From positions 22,092 through 86,091 of the forward strand of contig JAZQHC010000036.1 of assembly GCA_045540335.1 (NCBI GenBank): 64,000 nt of DNA. Reading direction: 5' to 3'. This document shows, piece after piece, positions 9,664 through 19,750 of this stretch (position 1 is the stretch's first letter; each line of letters starts with the position of its first letter). Position numbers and translations under genes: made by a program. Under the pieces are notes generated by a model. It ran no database searches and was not told where the DNA came from. It saw nothing but the letters and a program-made list of their open reading frames with translations. Origin of the DNA: Eubacteriales bacterium. GTDB lineage: Bacteria; Bacillota; Clostridia; Oscillospirales; CAG-272.

Positions 9664-10332
9664 ATGCTTAAAAAATTACTTTGCGCTATCATTATCGGTG
9701 CAATGGCAGTATGCTGTTACGCTTGCGGCGGCGACGGTGCAACCACAACGAATGCAAACACCTCAAGTGCCGATACAAACGCACAAACAAGCGCATCGGA
9801 AAACGAACAATCTACCGATGCACAAACAGACGCCCAAACCGTTATAATCGAAGAAACGGCAGACGTTTCTGCTGTTGAACTGCTTGAAGCCGTTCTTAGC
9901 AGCATTGAAAATCTGCCCGACGGCGTAAGATATGATTCTGCAGATAATGCAATACCCGCTATCAACTTTTGTTCCTTATTCGGCGGCGAAATCGAATTTG
10001 ACGATGATTTGAACCCCATTTATCCCGAAATAATGAATAAGATAGACAGCTACGCAATGCACATAGCAAGCGGCAAAAGCCCCATTTGCGTTGATGTTTT
10101 TAAGCTTAAAGACGGGCAAGACAGAAGCGCCGTTACAGCTATCTGCGAAAAGCACCACCAACAAATAAAGGATATGATGTTTGGATACGACCAGGAAGGC
10201 GTGATGGAACAGGTTGAAAACGCCAAGGGCCAGGTGGTTTACGCGAAGGGAAAATACGTTGTTATGTTAAGCGTGCTTGATCCTTCTGCGGCTATTGCCA
10301 AAATTGATGCTAAATTGCTTCCCGCAGAATAA
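9664..10332 (+). CDS. lipoprotein (DUF4358-like)
   Basis: Start moved to M25 (ATG 9664) behind AAGAGG. Signal peptide MLKKLLCAIIIGAMAVCCYACGG with a Cys lipobox, a Thr/Ser/Gln-rich linker, and a C-terminal domain resembling DUF4358 (from memory). Confidence 0.55.
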   Translation: MLKKLLCAIIIGAMAVCCYACGGDGATTTNANTSSADTNAQTSASENEQSTDAQTDAQTVIIEETADVSAVELLEAVLSSIENLPDGVRYDSADNAIPAINFCSLFGGEIEFDDDLNPIYPEIMNKIDSYAMHIASGKSPICVDVFKLKDGQDRSAVTAICEKHHQQIKDMMFGYDQEGVMEQVENAKGQVVYAKGKYVVMLSVLDPSAAIAKIDAKLLPAE

Positions 10333-10357
10333 TACACAGCGATAAAAATAAAAAACA

Positions 10358-10390
10358 AAGGCACACTTTTAAGTGTGCCTTAATATTTTT
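10358..10390 (+). terminator. intrinsic terminator
   Basis: Stem AAGGCACACT / AGTGTGCCTT followed by a T-rich run. Confidence 0.75.
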
Positions 10391-10498
10391 GCCTCAAAAG
10401 GATATCGCGCGGATGTCGTGTACATGATTTTATACACCGAAGGTTTTGTTTGTATTATTCGTTTTATTTAAATAACACGGCTGAACGATATCTTTATA

Positions 10499-11392
10499 TT
10501 ATTCCAAGCTTTTATCAAGCCATTCGTAACCGGGAAGCGAGGTAAAGGTTTTGTCTATTGCGTATTCTTCGCCGTTGAATCTGACGATAAAATCAGGTAT
10601 ATACGTTGCTTCGATACCTATATTATAAACAACGTCGTTAAATAAACCGCTGTCGCTTATATATTCACTGCCGTCGGTATCGGATATTTCAATCGTACCG
10701 TCTTTATTTTCGAAAGGAATAAATATAAGACATTGTACGGAATAAAAGCCTTCTTCTTCAGCTTTATCTTGATACATATATACAAACGCCGTTTTTTCGG
10801 GCATATCGTAAGAAATACAGCTGTTTATCCATTCATCTACGTCATCGCAATAAATGTCGTTAGCATCGCTTAACAAATCCTGCGAAACCGTTACTTCGGC
10901 TACTTGGTTTTGGCTGTACAACGCATTAAACCCAATCAGCGCGCCTATAAATACCAACGGAACGAGTACCACTGCCGCAAGCGTTATCCACACGGGCTTA
11001 TTTGTTGATTCGCTTATAGGCGGCGTTACCGAATACGAGGTATATTCCACGGGGGCGGCACAATGCGGGCACACGCGCCACGACGGCTGAAGTACGGCAC
11101 CGCACTGTTGGCAAACAGACTTTAATTTCGTACCGCACGAGGGGCAAACGACAAACCCTTTTTCAACCTGTGCGCTGCATTTTGCACATTTCATACGGCC
11201 GTTATCCTTGCGTATTATAAAGTAAATCACCAGCCCCAAATAAAGCGGCACGGCAAACACGAACACTGCCCACGCAAAGGCAGGCGCCATTTGCCTTTTT
11301 TTTGCATCTGAATACACAAATGCGGAAATTGCAAAATTAAGAATAAAAACAGCAAGAAAAAATACTACCGCAAAAATACTTATAACTGACAT
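10499..11392 (-). CDS. membrane protein with double zinc-ribbon and C-terminal extracytoplasmic domain (ECF operon gene 3)
   Basis: Two N-terminal TM helices. Four CxxC pairs (CAKC..CPSC..CQQC..CPHC), a third TM, then a ~140-aa domain. Overlaps the upstream ORF by 13 nt. Confidence 0.6.
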   Translation of the reverse strand: MSVISIFAVVFFLAVFILNFAISAFVYSDAKKRQMAPAFAWAVFVFAVPLYLGLVIYFIIRKDNGRMKCAKCSAQVEKGFVVCPSCGTKLKSVCQQCGAVLQPSWRVCPHCAAPVEYTSYSVTPPISESTNKPVWITLAAVVLVPLVFIGALIGFNALYSQNQVAEVTVSQDLLSDANDIYCDDVDEWINSCISYDMPEKTAFVYMYQDKAEEEGFYSVQCLIFIPFENKDGTIEISDTDGSEYISDSGLFNDVVYNIGIEATYIPDFIVRFNGEEYAIDKTFTSLPGYEWLDKSLE

Positions 11393-11664
11393 TTAATATC
11401 ACCCCTTATTTTATTAAACAATACAAAAACGACCAAGGCACTGAAAAGCGAAAAAACCGAAAATAAAACGCACGCAAACGTTAATTCAGGCATAAACGGA
11501 TACGCCATATACCCTAAAAGCAATACGGCGCTTTGCATTAAAACGACCGCCACAGCAATTATGGAAAAATATATGTGCAGCTGCCTTTTTTCCAATTCTG
11601 CTTTTATGATATCCTCGTCGATATAAGGCGGGGCGCCTTTATCAAAGCTGTATATCTGTTTCAT
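11380..11664 (-). CDS. small 2-TM membrane protein (ECF operon gene 2, possible anti-sigma component)
   Basis: 94 aa with two hydrophobic helices. Overlaps the sigma gene by 23 nt. No HxxxCxxC motif. Confidence 0.5.
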   Translation of the reverse strand: MKQIYSFDKGAPPYIDEDIIKAELEKRQLHIYFSIIAVAVVLMQSAVLLLGYMAYPFMPELTFACVLFSVFSLFSALVVFVLFNKIRGDIKCQL

Positions 11665-12139
11665 CAGACAATGCCTCCTTTAACAATTTTCTTGCCTTGT
11701 TTAATCTTGATTTAACCGTGCCCTGCGGCACACCAAGCGACAACGCGGTTTGCTTTACGTCCATATCTTCAAAATAGAACAAAATAACCGCAATTCGCAA
11801 TTTCGGCGGAAGGGTATCTATTGCACGGTGCAGATCCGAATAATCCTCTTCGCCGTCGCTTTGAACGTTTATAAGCACCTCGTCTTTTTCTTGCGAGGTT
11901 TTAAAATCGTTGTAAACAGGGCTTCTTTTATTTCGGTTGTACGCGTTTTTATAAATATTAACGCAGATAGAAGAAAGATACGGTAAAAAATCCTTCGTTT
12001 TATCAAACCTATCAATATTTTTAAACGCACGCAGCCAAGTTTCCTGATACAGATCGTCTGCATCGGCGGTATTACGGCAAAGCGTAACGCACAAGCCCCA
12101 CAAGCGTTTTCCGTACGTTTGTATGTATTCATTTATCAC
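11642..12139 (-). CDS. ECF (sigma-70 family group 4) RNA polymerase sigma factor
   Basis: 165 aa. Region 2 (DADDLYQETWLRAF) and region 4 (ALSLGVPQGTVKSRLNKARKLL). GTG start behind AAAGGAGGTG. Confidence 0.85.
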   Translation of the reverse strand: MINEYIQTYGKRLWGLCVTLCRNTADADDLYQETWLRAFKNIDRFDKTKDFLPYLSSICVNIYKNAYNRNKRSPVYNDFKTSQEKDEVLINVQSDGEEDYSDLHRAIDTLPPKLRIAVILFYFEDMDVKQTALSLGVPQGTVKSRLNKARKLLKEALSDETDIQL

Positions 12140-12244
12140 GCTGCCGCACCTCCTTTGCTTATATATACAATCGAAAAGGCAAAAAGGTTCGCTTTTTGTT
12201 TAAATATTTTTTTGCAGGTATTTTTTCGGCGGTTTTACCGTATA

Positions 12245-12652
12245 TCAGAATTCGTATCTTATTCCGTTATCAAACAAAACACCGTGCGTTAATTTTATTC
12301 GCAGTATAACGGTGTTGGGGTCATCTTCGTTTATATGACCGTTATCATACCAATCGGCAAAAGCCGCCCTTAACATATCGGCTGTTTTTTCGTTTTTTTC
12401 TGATTTTATATGACCCATATTTTCACCCGTTGCCCTTGCCGAAAACCAATCCCCGCTGATGGCAACGTTGGGGTTATTTTGTATGTGCTGCATTTTGTTT
12501 GATAAGGCGTACGTTACGGTATAAAAGCTGTCCGTACAAAAAACGGCGTCTATCGTTCGCACCCAGGGGCAGCCTTGTTCATCTACCGTTGCCAACGCCA
12601 TTAATGAATCCTTGCCGAATTTTTTATTTAATAAATCAATACAATTTTTCAT
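12245..12652 (-). CDS. pyridoxamine 5'-phosphate oxidase family protein
   Basis: About 135 aa. LMALATVDEQGCPWVRTIDAV is a PNPOx-like split-barrel pattern. Start moved to the ATG (M3) behind AGAGGG. Confidence 0.6.
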   Translation of the reverse strand: MKNCIDLLNKKFGKDSLMALATVDEQGCPWVRTIDAVFCTDSFYTVTYALSNKMQHIQNNPNVAISGDWFSARATGENMGHIKSEKNEKTADMLRAAFADWYDNGHINEDDPNTVILRIKLTHGVLFDNGIRYEF

Positions 12653-12687
12653 TTTCAACCCTCTATTATTATCGTATCCGTAACAAG

Positions 12688-12713
12688 CTCGGCAAAACGG
12701 TTGCTTTGCCGAG
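12688..12713 (-). terminator. terminator-like hairpin after mfd
   Basis: 9-bp stem CTCGGCAAA / TTTGCCGAG. The downstream U-tract is weak. Confidence 0.4.
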
Positions 12714-12719
12714 GTTTAA

Positions 12720-15700
12720 TTATTTTACGCTTGTATCTGCAGATTTTTTTGCCGCCTCGGCAGAAAGGGCGTTTTTAAGATACGCCAACGGTCTGTCGCC
12801 TTTTTTTATTTTATATACAACGCTTGGGCTGGCACCAGGCATTATAACCATTCTGTCGCGGCAGGCAGAAACTATATTTACCCAGGTTTGAAGTGCATCT
12901 GTTTCGGGCAAAAGCGTTATTTTTCCTTCGCTTTGTATTATTTTCCGTGCGCCAAGCTGTTCGCCAAGTGCGCGGATATACGAAACGTCAAGCAGGTTTT
13001 CAACGCTGGGCGGAAGATCGCCGAAGCGGTCAAGCATCTCGTCGGCAACGTCGTCAAGGTCGGCTTCGGTTTGAATATGAGATATTTTTTTATATATCTC
13101 GATTCTCGTTTGCGAGCTTTTTATATACGAATCGGGTATAAACGCAGAAAATTTCAGATCCACGGTACATTCCGTTTTCGGCTTTTTTACTTCCCCGCCG
13201 GATTCTTCAACAACGGCGGCGTTCAACAGCTTGATATACATATCGTACCCTACCGATTCGATATGGCCGTGCTGCTCTGCACCGAGAATATTGCCCGCGC
13301 CCCTTATTTCAAGGTCGCGCAGGGCTATTTTAAAGCCTGAACCGAATTCGGTATATTCGCGTATTGCGTTAAGCCTTTTTGAAGCTATTTCCGAAAGGGC
13401 AACATTGGGCTTATACGTAAGGTACGCGTACGCCCTGCGTGAAGAACGGCCTATTCTCCCCCTTATTTGGTGAAGCTGTGAAAGACCCATTCTATCTGCA
13501 TTTTCAATTATCAGGGTATTCGCATTGGGCACATCCACGCCCGTTTCTATAATCGTCGTGCAAACGAGAATATCCGTTTCGCCTTCGATAACGCTTTTCC
13601 ACACGTCGGAAAGCTCTTCTTTATCCATTTTACCGTGTGCAATGGCAATATTGGCATCAGGTGCCATTTGTGAAACCTTATACGCGGTACGCTGAATATC
13701 CTCTACATTATTATGAAGGTAGAAAACCTGCCCGCCGCGGCGTAACTCTTTTCGGATAGCCTCGGTTATTATCTCCTCGTCGTATTCGGTAACGTACGTT
13801 TGCGGCGGCATACGGTCGATGGGGGGCTCGTCAAGCACGCTCATATCGCGGATTCCGCCAAGCGCCATATTAAGCGTACGCGGTATAGGCGTTGCCGTTA
13901 GGGTAAGAACGTCGGCGTTTTCGGATATCATTTTAAGCTTTTCTTTGTGTGCAACGCCGAAACGCTGTTCTTCGTCGATTATTATAAGCCCCAGGTCGCG
14001 GAATTCAACATCTTGCGAGATAAGGCGGTGCGTACCTATAATTATATCTATATCGCCGCGCTTCAGCTTACGCAATATTTCAGACGTTTCCTTTGCCGTT
14101 CGGAAACGCGACAGTACATCTACGTTAAGGGCAAACCCCCTCATTCGGGCGCAAATGGTTTGGTAATGCTGCATTGCCAAAATCGTTGTAGGCACTAAAA
14201 CAGCAACCTGCTTCCCCTCTGCGGCGGCTTTAAACGCGGCGCGAAGGGCAACCTCTGTTTTTCCGAATCCAACGTCGCCGCAAAGCAATCTATCCATTGG
14301 GTGCGGGCTTTGCATATCGCGCTTGATGTCAGACGCGGCAGCAAGCTGGCCGTCTGTTTCTTCATATTCAAACGAAGCTTCAAACTGGCGCTGAAGGTCG
14401 TCATCTTTAGAAAAAGCGTAACCCTCTTTTTTCATGCGCTTTGCGTAAAGGGCAATAAGCTCCTTTGCCATTTCGCGCACCGCGGCAGAAACCTTTTTCT
14501 TTGCGCGGCCCCATTCGGTACCGCCCATTTTATTAAGCTTAACACTGCCGTCTGACTGGCGTTGCCCGATATATTTGCTTAATACGTCAAGCCTGTCGCA
14601 CGGAACGTAAAGCATTGCCCCGTCTGCATATTTAACCTGAAGAAAATCGCGCGAAACACCTTCAAAATTCGTAAGATTCTTCATTCCCTCGTACAAGCCT
14701 ATACCGTGAACGTCATGAACGACGTAGTCGCCTACGGTAAGGTCTGCATAAGACATTATTTTTTCCTGCGCGGATATTTTCTTTCCTTTTCTTGAGCCTT
14801 TAATACGGCTTATTTTAGAATATGCGCTTTGCGCTATATAAAGCGAAATACACGCAACGCGGCACGTTTCTATAATAAATCCCGTGTGGTTTTGCCCGTA
14901 CATGATAACGGCTTTGCCGTAAAGCTGGGATATCGAAGCATCAATACTGCCAAATTCGCACACGGGTGCGTCTATGCCCTCTTCGGCAAGCATGGAAGAA
15001 TAGTTTTTGCCTACCGTTTCGTTTTCACACAGAAGTATTACCGCGTAGCCGAAGCGAATATAATGCGCCACGTCTTCTTTAAGAAGCTCGGGCGAGGAAG
15101 CGTACGAAAGCTGATTTTTCGTTTTAAACGTATATTTTTCGTAATATTTGCCCTTATGCGTACCGAAAAAGTCAAGCGTAAGAGAAGCGGTAGATTCGAA
15201 AATATATTTACAATCGGCTTTAGATATACTGTATTTGGCGTATTTAGAAGCGATTTCCTCGCTTTCTACAACGTCTGTGGCAATTTGCAACGCCATTTTT
15301 TCTGCCGAATCAAGCCGTGCGTAAACGCCCGACGGATTATCTATAACCACAAGGCCTTTTTCGTTTTTTAAGCCGAAGTAATCAAACAGCGTTTCGGGGT
15401 TTGGATATACTATATTTATATATTTATCTATAAACGGCAGCTCTGCACCGCTTTCTATACAGTCAAGCTCGGCATTTAAAACCTTTTTTGCACTTTCGCT
15501 TTTCGTTTTTTTCAGTTGTGCGGATATGGCGTTTACAATAGCATATATACTTTCGTCGTTTGTTACTATTTCCCTTGCGGGAAATACGGAAAATTCACTT
15601 CTGTTTTCTATTCTTCTTTGGGTGATTATATCAAATATACCGATAGAATCTATTTCGTCACCGAAAAGCTCCATTCTGTGCGGATAATCTTCACCCGGAA

Positions 15701-16265
15701 CGAATATATCGCAAATGCCGCCCCTTATTGAAAACTGCGCTATATTATCAACGGCATCTACCCTTACGTATCCGCAGCTTACAAGGCTTTCGGCAAGCTC
15801 GGTAAGCGAGCATTCGTCGCCTACCTTAAACGTAAACGCCGATTTTTCAAAAATCCCCTTAGGCATGGTATATTGGCTTGCCGCATCGGGTGTGGCAATA
15901 ACGTAATCAAGCGTGCCTTTTACAACGCCGGCAAGGGCGCACAGACGGTTTTGCTCGTACTCGTGCGAGGCGGTTATATTATGAAGCATAAAGTCGCGCA
16001 CCGGGTAAACGGCGCAACAAAGGCCTGCGGAGGTAAGCCGATTATACGTCCGCAGGCAGTCCTTTTCGTCTTGTTGTATTATAAGCTTGGGCTGTTTTGG
16101 CAAATCATCTGCAAGGCAAGATAAAAATACCGTTTGTGCGCCCGCACAAAGTCCGCCGACAAGTATCGGCTTTGGCCGTTGTGATGCCATTTGCGCCCTG
16201 TAATCCAAAAGGCCCTTATATTCCCCTTCGGATTTTAAAAATTGTTTTAATAATTTCATTTTCAC
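12720..16265 (-). CDS. mfd: transcription-repair coupling factor
   Basis: 1181 aa. UvrB-homology N-terminus, superfamily-2 helicase motifs (GDVGFGKTEVA, DEEQRFG), TRG and C-terminal domains. Confidence 0.95.
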   Translation of the reverse strand: MKMKLLKQFLKSEGEYKGLLDYRAQMASQRPKPILVGGLCAGAQTVFLSCLADDLPKQPKLIIQQDEKDCLRTYNRLTSAGLCCAVYPVRDFMLHNITASHEYEQNRLCALAGVVKGTLDYVIATPDAASQYTMPKGIFEKSAFTFKVGDECSLTELAESLVSCGYVRVDAVDNIAQFSIRGGICDIFVPGEDYPHRMELFGDEIDSIGIFDIITQRRIENRSEFSVFPAREIVTNDESIYAIVNAISAQLKKTKSESAKKVLNAELDCIESGAELPFIDKYINIVYPNPETLFDYFGLKNEKGLVVIDNPSGVYARLDSAEKMALQIATDVVESEEIASKYAKYSISKADCKYIFESTASLTLDFFGTHKGKYYEKYTFKTKNQLSYASSPELLKEDVAHYIRFGYAVILLCENETVGKNYSSMLAEEGIDAPVCEFGSIDASISQLYGKAVIMYGQNHTGFIIETCRVACISLYIAQSAYSKISRIKGSRKGKKISAQEKIMSYADLTVGDYVVHDVHGIGLYEGMKNLTNFEGVSRDFLQVKYADGAMLYVPCDRLDVLSKYIGQRQSDGSVKLNKMGGTEWGRAKKKVSAAVREMAKELIALYAKRMKKEGYAFSKDDDLQRQFEASFEYEETDGQLAAASDIKRDMQSPHPMDRLLCGDVGFGKTEVALRAAFKAAAEGKQVAVLVPTTILAMQHYQTICARMRGFALNVDVLSRFRTAKETSEILRKLKRGDIDIIIGTHRLISQDVEFRDLGLIIIDEEQRFGVAHKEKLKMISENADVLTLTATPIPRTLNMALGGIRDMSVLDEPPIDRMPPQTYVTEYDEEIITEAIRKELRRGGQVFYLHNNVEDIQRTAYKVSQMAPDANIAIAHGKMDKEELSDVWKSVIEGETDILVCTTIIETGVDVPNANTLIIENADRMGLSQLHQIRGRIGRSSRRAYAYLTYKPNVALSEIASKRLNAIREYTEFGSGFKIALRDLEIRGAGNILGAEQHGHIESVGYDMYIKLLNAAVVEESGGEVKKPKTECTVDLKFSAFIPDSYIKSSQTRIEIYKKISHIQTEADLDDVADEMLDRFGDLPPSVENLLDVSYIRALGEQLGARKIIQSEGKITLLPETDALQTWVNIVSACRDRMVIMPGASPSVVYKIKKGDRPLAYLKNALSAEAAKKSADTSVK

Positions 16266-17174
16266 CTATTTCAATCTGAAAACCTTTACGGGCTTTAAGG
16301 CAGTTTCACCTTCAAAGGTATCTACCCTTGCAAGGGCGAAAAAGCCGCCGTCGTCATAAAGGCGAACGTAACTGCCGCAAGGAAAGTCGGTTTTAATCTT
16401 TTTTTGGTACAGCTGTTGCCCGTCGCGGCACAGTTTTAAGAAAAAGCCCTCGGGCTTGTATGAGGGAAATTGTGCAAAAACCTCTTCAGTCGGCATAAGA
16501 AGGCGCACGCGTTCTTCATAGGAAAGCCCTTCAAGCTTTTCTATCGTATGTGCGTTTTCTATTGAAAAGCTGCCGCTTTTCAACCTTCTTAACGATGCCA
16601 TAGCACCGCCGCAGCCAAGCGATTTTCCTATATCGGCGCACAAAGTGCGTATGTACGTGCCCTTACTGCACGTAACATTTAACGCATAGTCGTTATCTGA
16701 AATGTACTGTGCAGAAATGCTTTTTACGGTTATCTGCCTGCTTTCGCGCGGTATTTCTATACCCTTTCGCGCAAGATCTACAAGCTTTTCACCGCCGACC
16801 TTCAACGCCGAATACATGGGCGGTATTTGCATTATATCACCCTGAAAGGAAGAAACAGCGCGCAATACGTCGCTTTCCTTTGGAATATTTTCGCACACGG
16901 TAAGAATTTTACCGTCTGTATCCTCCGTATCGGTGGTTATGCCAAGGCGCATAGTTGCCAGATACGTTTTTTCATCGGCGGTAAGGTATTCGCCTGCCTT
17001 TGCCGCCCTGCCCACAAGCACGACAAGTACACCGGTAGCCATTGGATCAAGCGTACCGGTGTGACCTATTTTTTTCGTACCATACAGTTTTCTCATTTTG
17101 AAAACCACATCGTGGGACGTTATCCCCGCGGGTTTATCAACGGCGATAACGCCTTGAATTTCTTCTGTATTCAT
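16266..17174 (-). CDS. truB: tRNA pseudouridine(55) synthase
   Basis: 302 aa. GVIAVDKPAGITSHDVV...GHTGTLDPMATGVL catalytic Asp motif. Confidence 0.95.
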   Translation of the reverse strand: MNTEEIQGVIAVDKPAGITSHDVVFKMRKLYGTKKIGHTGTLDPMATGVLVVLVGRAAKAGEYLTADEKTYLATMRLGITTDTEDTDGKILTVCENIPKESDVLRAVSSFQGDIMQIPPMYSALKVGGEKLVDLARKGIEIPRESRQITVKSISAQYISDNDYALNVTCSKGTYIRTLCADIGKSLGCGGAMASLRRLKSGSFSIENAHTIEKLEGLSYEERVRLLMPTEEVFAQFPSYKPEGFFLKLCRDGQQLYQKKIKTDFPCGSYVRLYDDGGFFALARVDTFEGETALKPVKVFRLK

Positions 17175-18344
17175 TTAATTACTTCCGATTATTATTGTTT
17201 TGCCGCCGTAAGAACGGGCAAACCCTTCTGCCTCTTCAACGTTGCCGCAAAGCACTATCGGGCAGGAGATGTATGCAAGCTGCTCGCACAAAAGGGCGCT
17301 TTCGCCTTTGTTTATGTTAACAAGGCAATAGCCGTAGTCTTCTGCTTGAATTTCGGCATCCTCGTAAAGATAATCCGATATTTCAAGCGCAGGGGGCATA
17401 TTATCCCTGTCTATTTCGGCATATCGGCGCGTGTTGCACACGATATTTTCAAAATTAAAGTCAGCAGGGGCAACCTCGCCTATCGGCACGCTTTGCGTGC
17501 ATTGCTTTATTTTTTTTATATATTCCTTATTCGTGCCGCAACACCCACCCAATATTCCGATACCGTTTTGCAAAGCAGAAGGAATATACGAGGCAAACTG
17601 TTCTACCGTAAGGTCGAATCCATCGCCCTTGGGAAGCCCTGCGTTTGGCTTTGCAATAAGCGTTACGCCAAGCCTGCGCGCAACGGGCGCGGCTTTTTTT
17701 AATATATCTACTATCAAATCGGGGCCAAACGAGCAGTTAAGCCCGAAAGCGGTAACACCAACGCTTGCAAGCATCATTAACGAGGGTATAACCTCATCCC
17801 CGCAAAGGGTTTTTCCGTTTTTATCTACCGTTAAAGTAACGAAGACGGGCTTTTTTGACACTTCCTTTACCGCAACTGCACACGCCTTTGCTTCAAGTGC
17901 GGAAATAGCAGTTTCCGCCGTGAAGAAATCTACATATTCTTCCATACCCAAAACTGCCTGCTTATACTCTTCTACGGCAAATTCAAACGTATCGTCGCCC
18001 ATTGGGTAAAACATTGCACCGCACGGCGCTAAAGAACCGCCAACCAGCCTGTCTTTTGCTATATCGCGCGATATTTTTGCAACCCTTTGGCATATTTCGC
18101 GTGCAGAATATTCTGCACCGTTTTGCTGAAGATTACGGGGTGTTGCGCCGAAGGTACAAGCATATACCGCATCAGCGCCTGCGTCATAATACCCGTTTTG
18201 TATTTCTGCCAACGCATCGGGGTTATCAAGCACCCAAGCTTGAACGCTTACCCCTGCGGGCATACCTTTTTTTATCAGCTCTGTTCCTGTTGCACCGTCA
18301 AGCACGAGTGGCAGCTTGAATGGAAATTTATTACTATTGCCCAT
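17175..18344 (-). CDS. homocysteine S-methyltransferase family protein with extra C-terminal domain
   Basis: Pfam S-methyl_trans-like region with Zn-ligand motifs LNCSFGP and GGCCGT, followed by ~110 unassigned residues. Start moved to M22 (ATG 18344), 1 nt after the cysS stop. Confidence 0.8.
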   Translation of the reverse strand: MGNSNKFPFKLPLVLDGATGTELIKKGMPAGVSVQAWVLDNPDALAEIQNGYYDAGADAVYACTFGATPRNLQQNGAEYSAREICQRVAKISRDIAKDRLVGGSLAPCGAMFYPMGDDTFEFAVEEYKQAVLGMEEYVDFFTAETAISALEAKACAVAVKEVSKKPVFVTLTVDKNGKTLCGDEVIPSLMMLASVGVTAFGLNCSFGPDLIVDILKKAAPVARRLGVTLIAKPNAGLPKGDGFDLTVEQFASYIPSALQNGIGILGGCCGTNKEYIKKIKQCTQSVPIGEVAPADFNFENIVCNTRRYAEIDRDNMPPALEISDYLYEDAEIQAEDYGYCLVNINKGESALLCEQLAYISCPIVLCGNVEEAEGFARSYGGKTIIIGSN

Positions 18345-18345
18345 T

Positions 18346-19737
18346 TTATACCCTTTTGTATTTAGTGCCGTTGGGCGTATCTTCAAGAATGATGCCTTTA
18401 TCTGCAAGCTCTTTTCTTATGCTGTCTGCAAGGGCGTAATTCTTCGCCTTCTTCGCCTCTGCCCTTTGAGCAATTTTTTCAAGTATTTCAGAATCGTCGT
18501 CTTTGGATTCTTTCTTGTTGATACCCAAAAGCACCGTTAATTCGTTTAACACACCGTAAACGTACTGTGCCGTTTGTTTTGAAACACCCGATTGACCGTT
18601 TATAAGGGTATTGGCATCTTTAACCAGCTCGAATATTGCGGAAATACCGTCGGCGGTATTCAAATCGTCATCCATAGCTTTAATAAACTGCTCGCGCCTT
18701 TCGTCTGCAGATGCACAAACGCCGTTATCAAGCTCGCCTTCGGGGGCGTTGTTTATGTAAAATTTAAGGTTATCCTCGCAGTTGTGTATTCTTTCCAATG
18801 CAGATGCTGAAGAAGAAAGCACCTCGGCAGAATAGTTAACCGGCTTTCTGTAATGCGCAGAAAGCAGGAAGTACCTTATAACGTCGTAACCGTATTTTTC
18901 CGCAACGTCGCGCACGGTGAAAAAGTTGCCCAAGGATTTAGACATTTTTTCGTTATCTACCGAAATAAATCCGTTGTGCATCCAAACGTTTGCAAACGTG
19001 CATCCGCACGCCGCTTCGGATTGTGCTATTTCGTTTTCATGGTGGGGGAAGGCAAGGTCTTTACCGCCGCAATGTATATCTATCGGCTGACCGAGATATT
19101 TACGAACCATTGCAGAGCATTCTATATGCCATCCCGGGCGGCCCTTGCCCCAGGGGCTATCCCACGAGGGTTCGCCGGGCTTTGCCGCTTTCCACAATGC
19201 GAAATCAAGCGGGTCGCGTTTTTGTTCGGAAACGTCTATTCTTGCGCCTGCCTCCAATTCGTCAATAGGCATATGGGAAAGCTTGCCGTACTCTTTGAAT
19301 TTTTTGGGCTGGAAATAAACGTCGCCGTTTGATTCGTATGCATAGCCTTTTTCAATAAGGATATTTACTATTTCGATTATGCCGTCTATATTTTCGGTTG
19401 CCTTGGGGTGGATAGTTGCCTTTTTAATTCCCAAGCCTTCGGCATCGGTAAAATATTCTTTTATATACTTTTCGGCAACCTCGGAAGAGGATATCCCCTC
19501 TTCGTTTGCTTTTTTGATTATTTTATCATCAACGTCGGTAAAATTCTGTGCGAAGGTAACCTTATAGCCTCTGTATTCAAGATATCTGCGCAGCATATCG
19601 AAAACAACGAAGCATCTTGCGTTGCCTATGTGGAAAAAGTTATACACGGTAGGACCGCAAGCATACATTCTTACGTGGCCTTCTTCTATGGGAATAAGTT
19701 CGGTTTTTTCCCCTGTCATTGTGTTAAAAAGCTTCAT
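18346..19737 (-). CDS. cysS: cysteine--tRNA ligase
   Basis: 463 aa. HIGN (HIGH) and KMSKS motifs present. Class I aaRS architecture. Confidence 0.95.
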   Translation of the reverse strand: MKLFNTMTGEKTELIPIEEGHVRMYACGPTVYNFFHIGNARCFVVFDMLRRYLEYRGYKVTFAQNFTDVDDKIIKKANEEGISSSEVAEKYIKEYFTDAEGLGIKKATIHPKATENIDGIIEIVNILIEKGYAYESNGDVYFQPKKFKEYGKLSHMPIDELEAGARIDVSEQKRDPLDFALWKAAKPGEPSWDSPWGKGRPGWHIECSAMVRKYLGQPIDIHCGGKDLAFPHHENEIAQSEAACGCTFANVWMHNGFISVDNEKMSKSLGNFFTVRDVAEKYGYDVIRYFLLSAHYRKPVNYSAEVLSSSASALERIHNCEDNLKFYINNAPEGELDNGVCASADERREQFIKAMDDDLNTADGISAIFELVKDANTLINGQSGVSKQTAQYVYGVLNELTVLLGINKKESKDDDSEILEKIAQRAEAKKAKNYALADSIRKELADKGIILEDTPNGTKYKRV

Positions 19738-19750
19738 ATTCTACCTCGAT

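Noticed and set aside
16827-17702. 291-aa plus-strand ORF antisense to truB and the homocysteine methyltransferase gene. Similar long antisense ORFs lie at 19622-20326, 28710-29465, 22423-23022, 39365-40024 and 20097-20576.
   Set aside because: These are shadow ORFs opposite well-supported genes. Their composition is skewed (Arg/Phe/Cys/Lys-rich, low complexity). They lack an SD, one spans a gene junction, and none has a recognisable domain.
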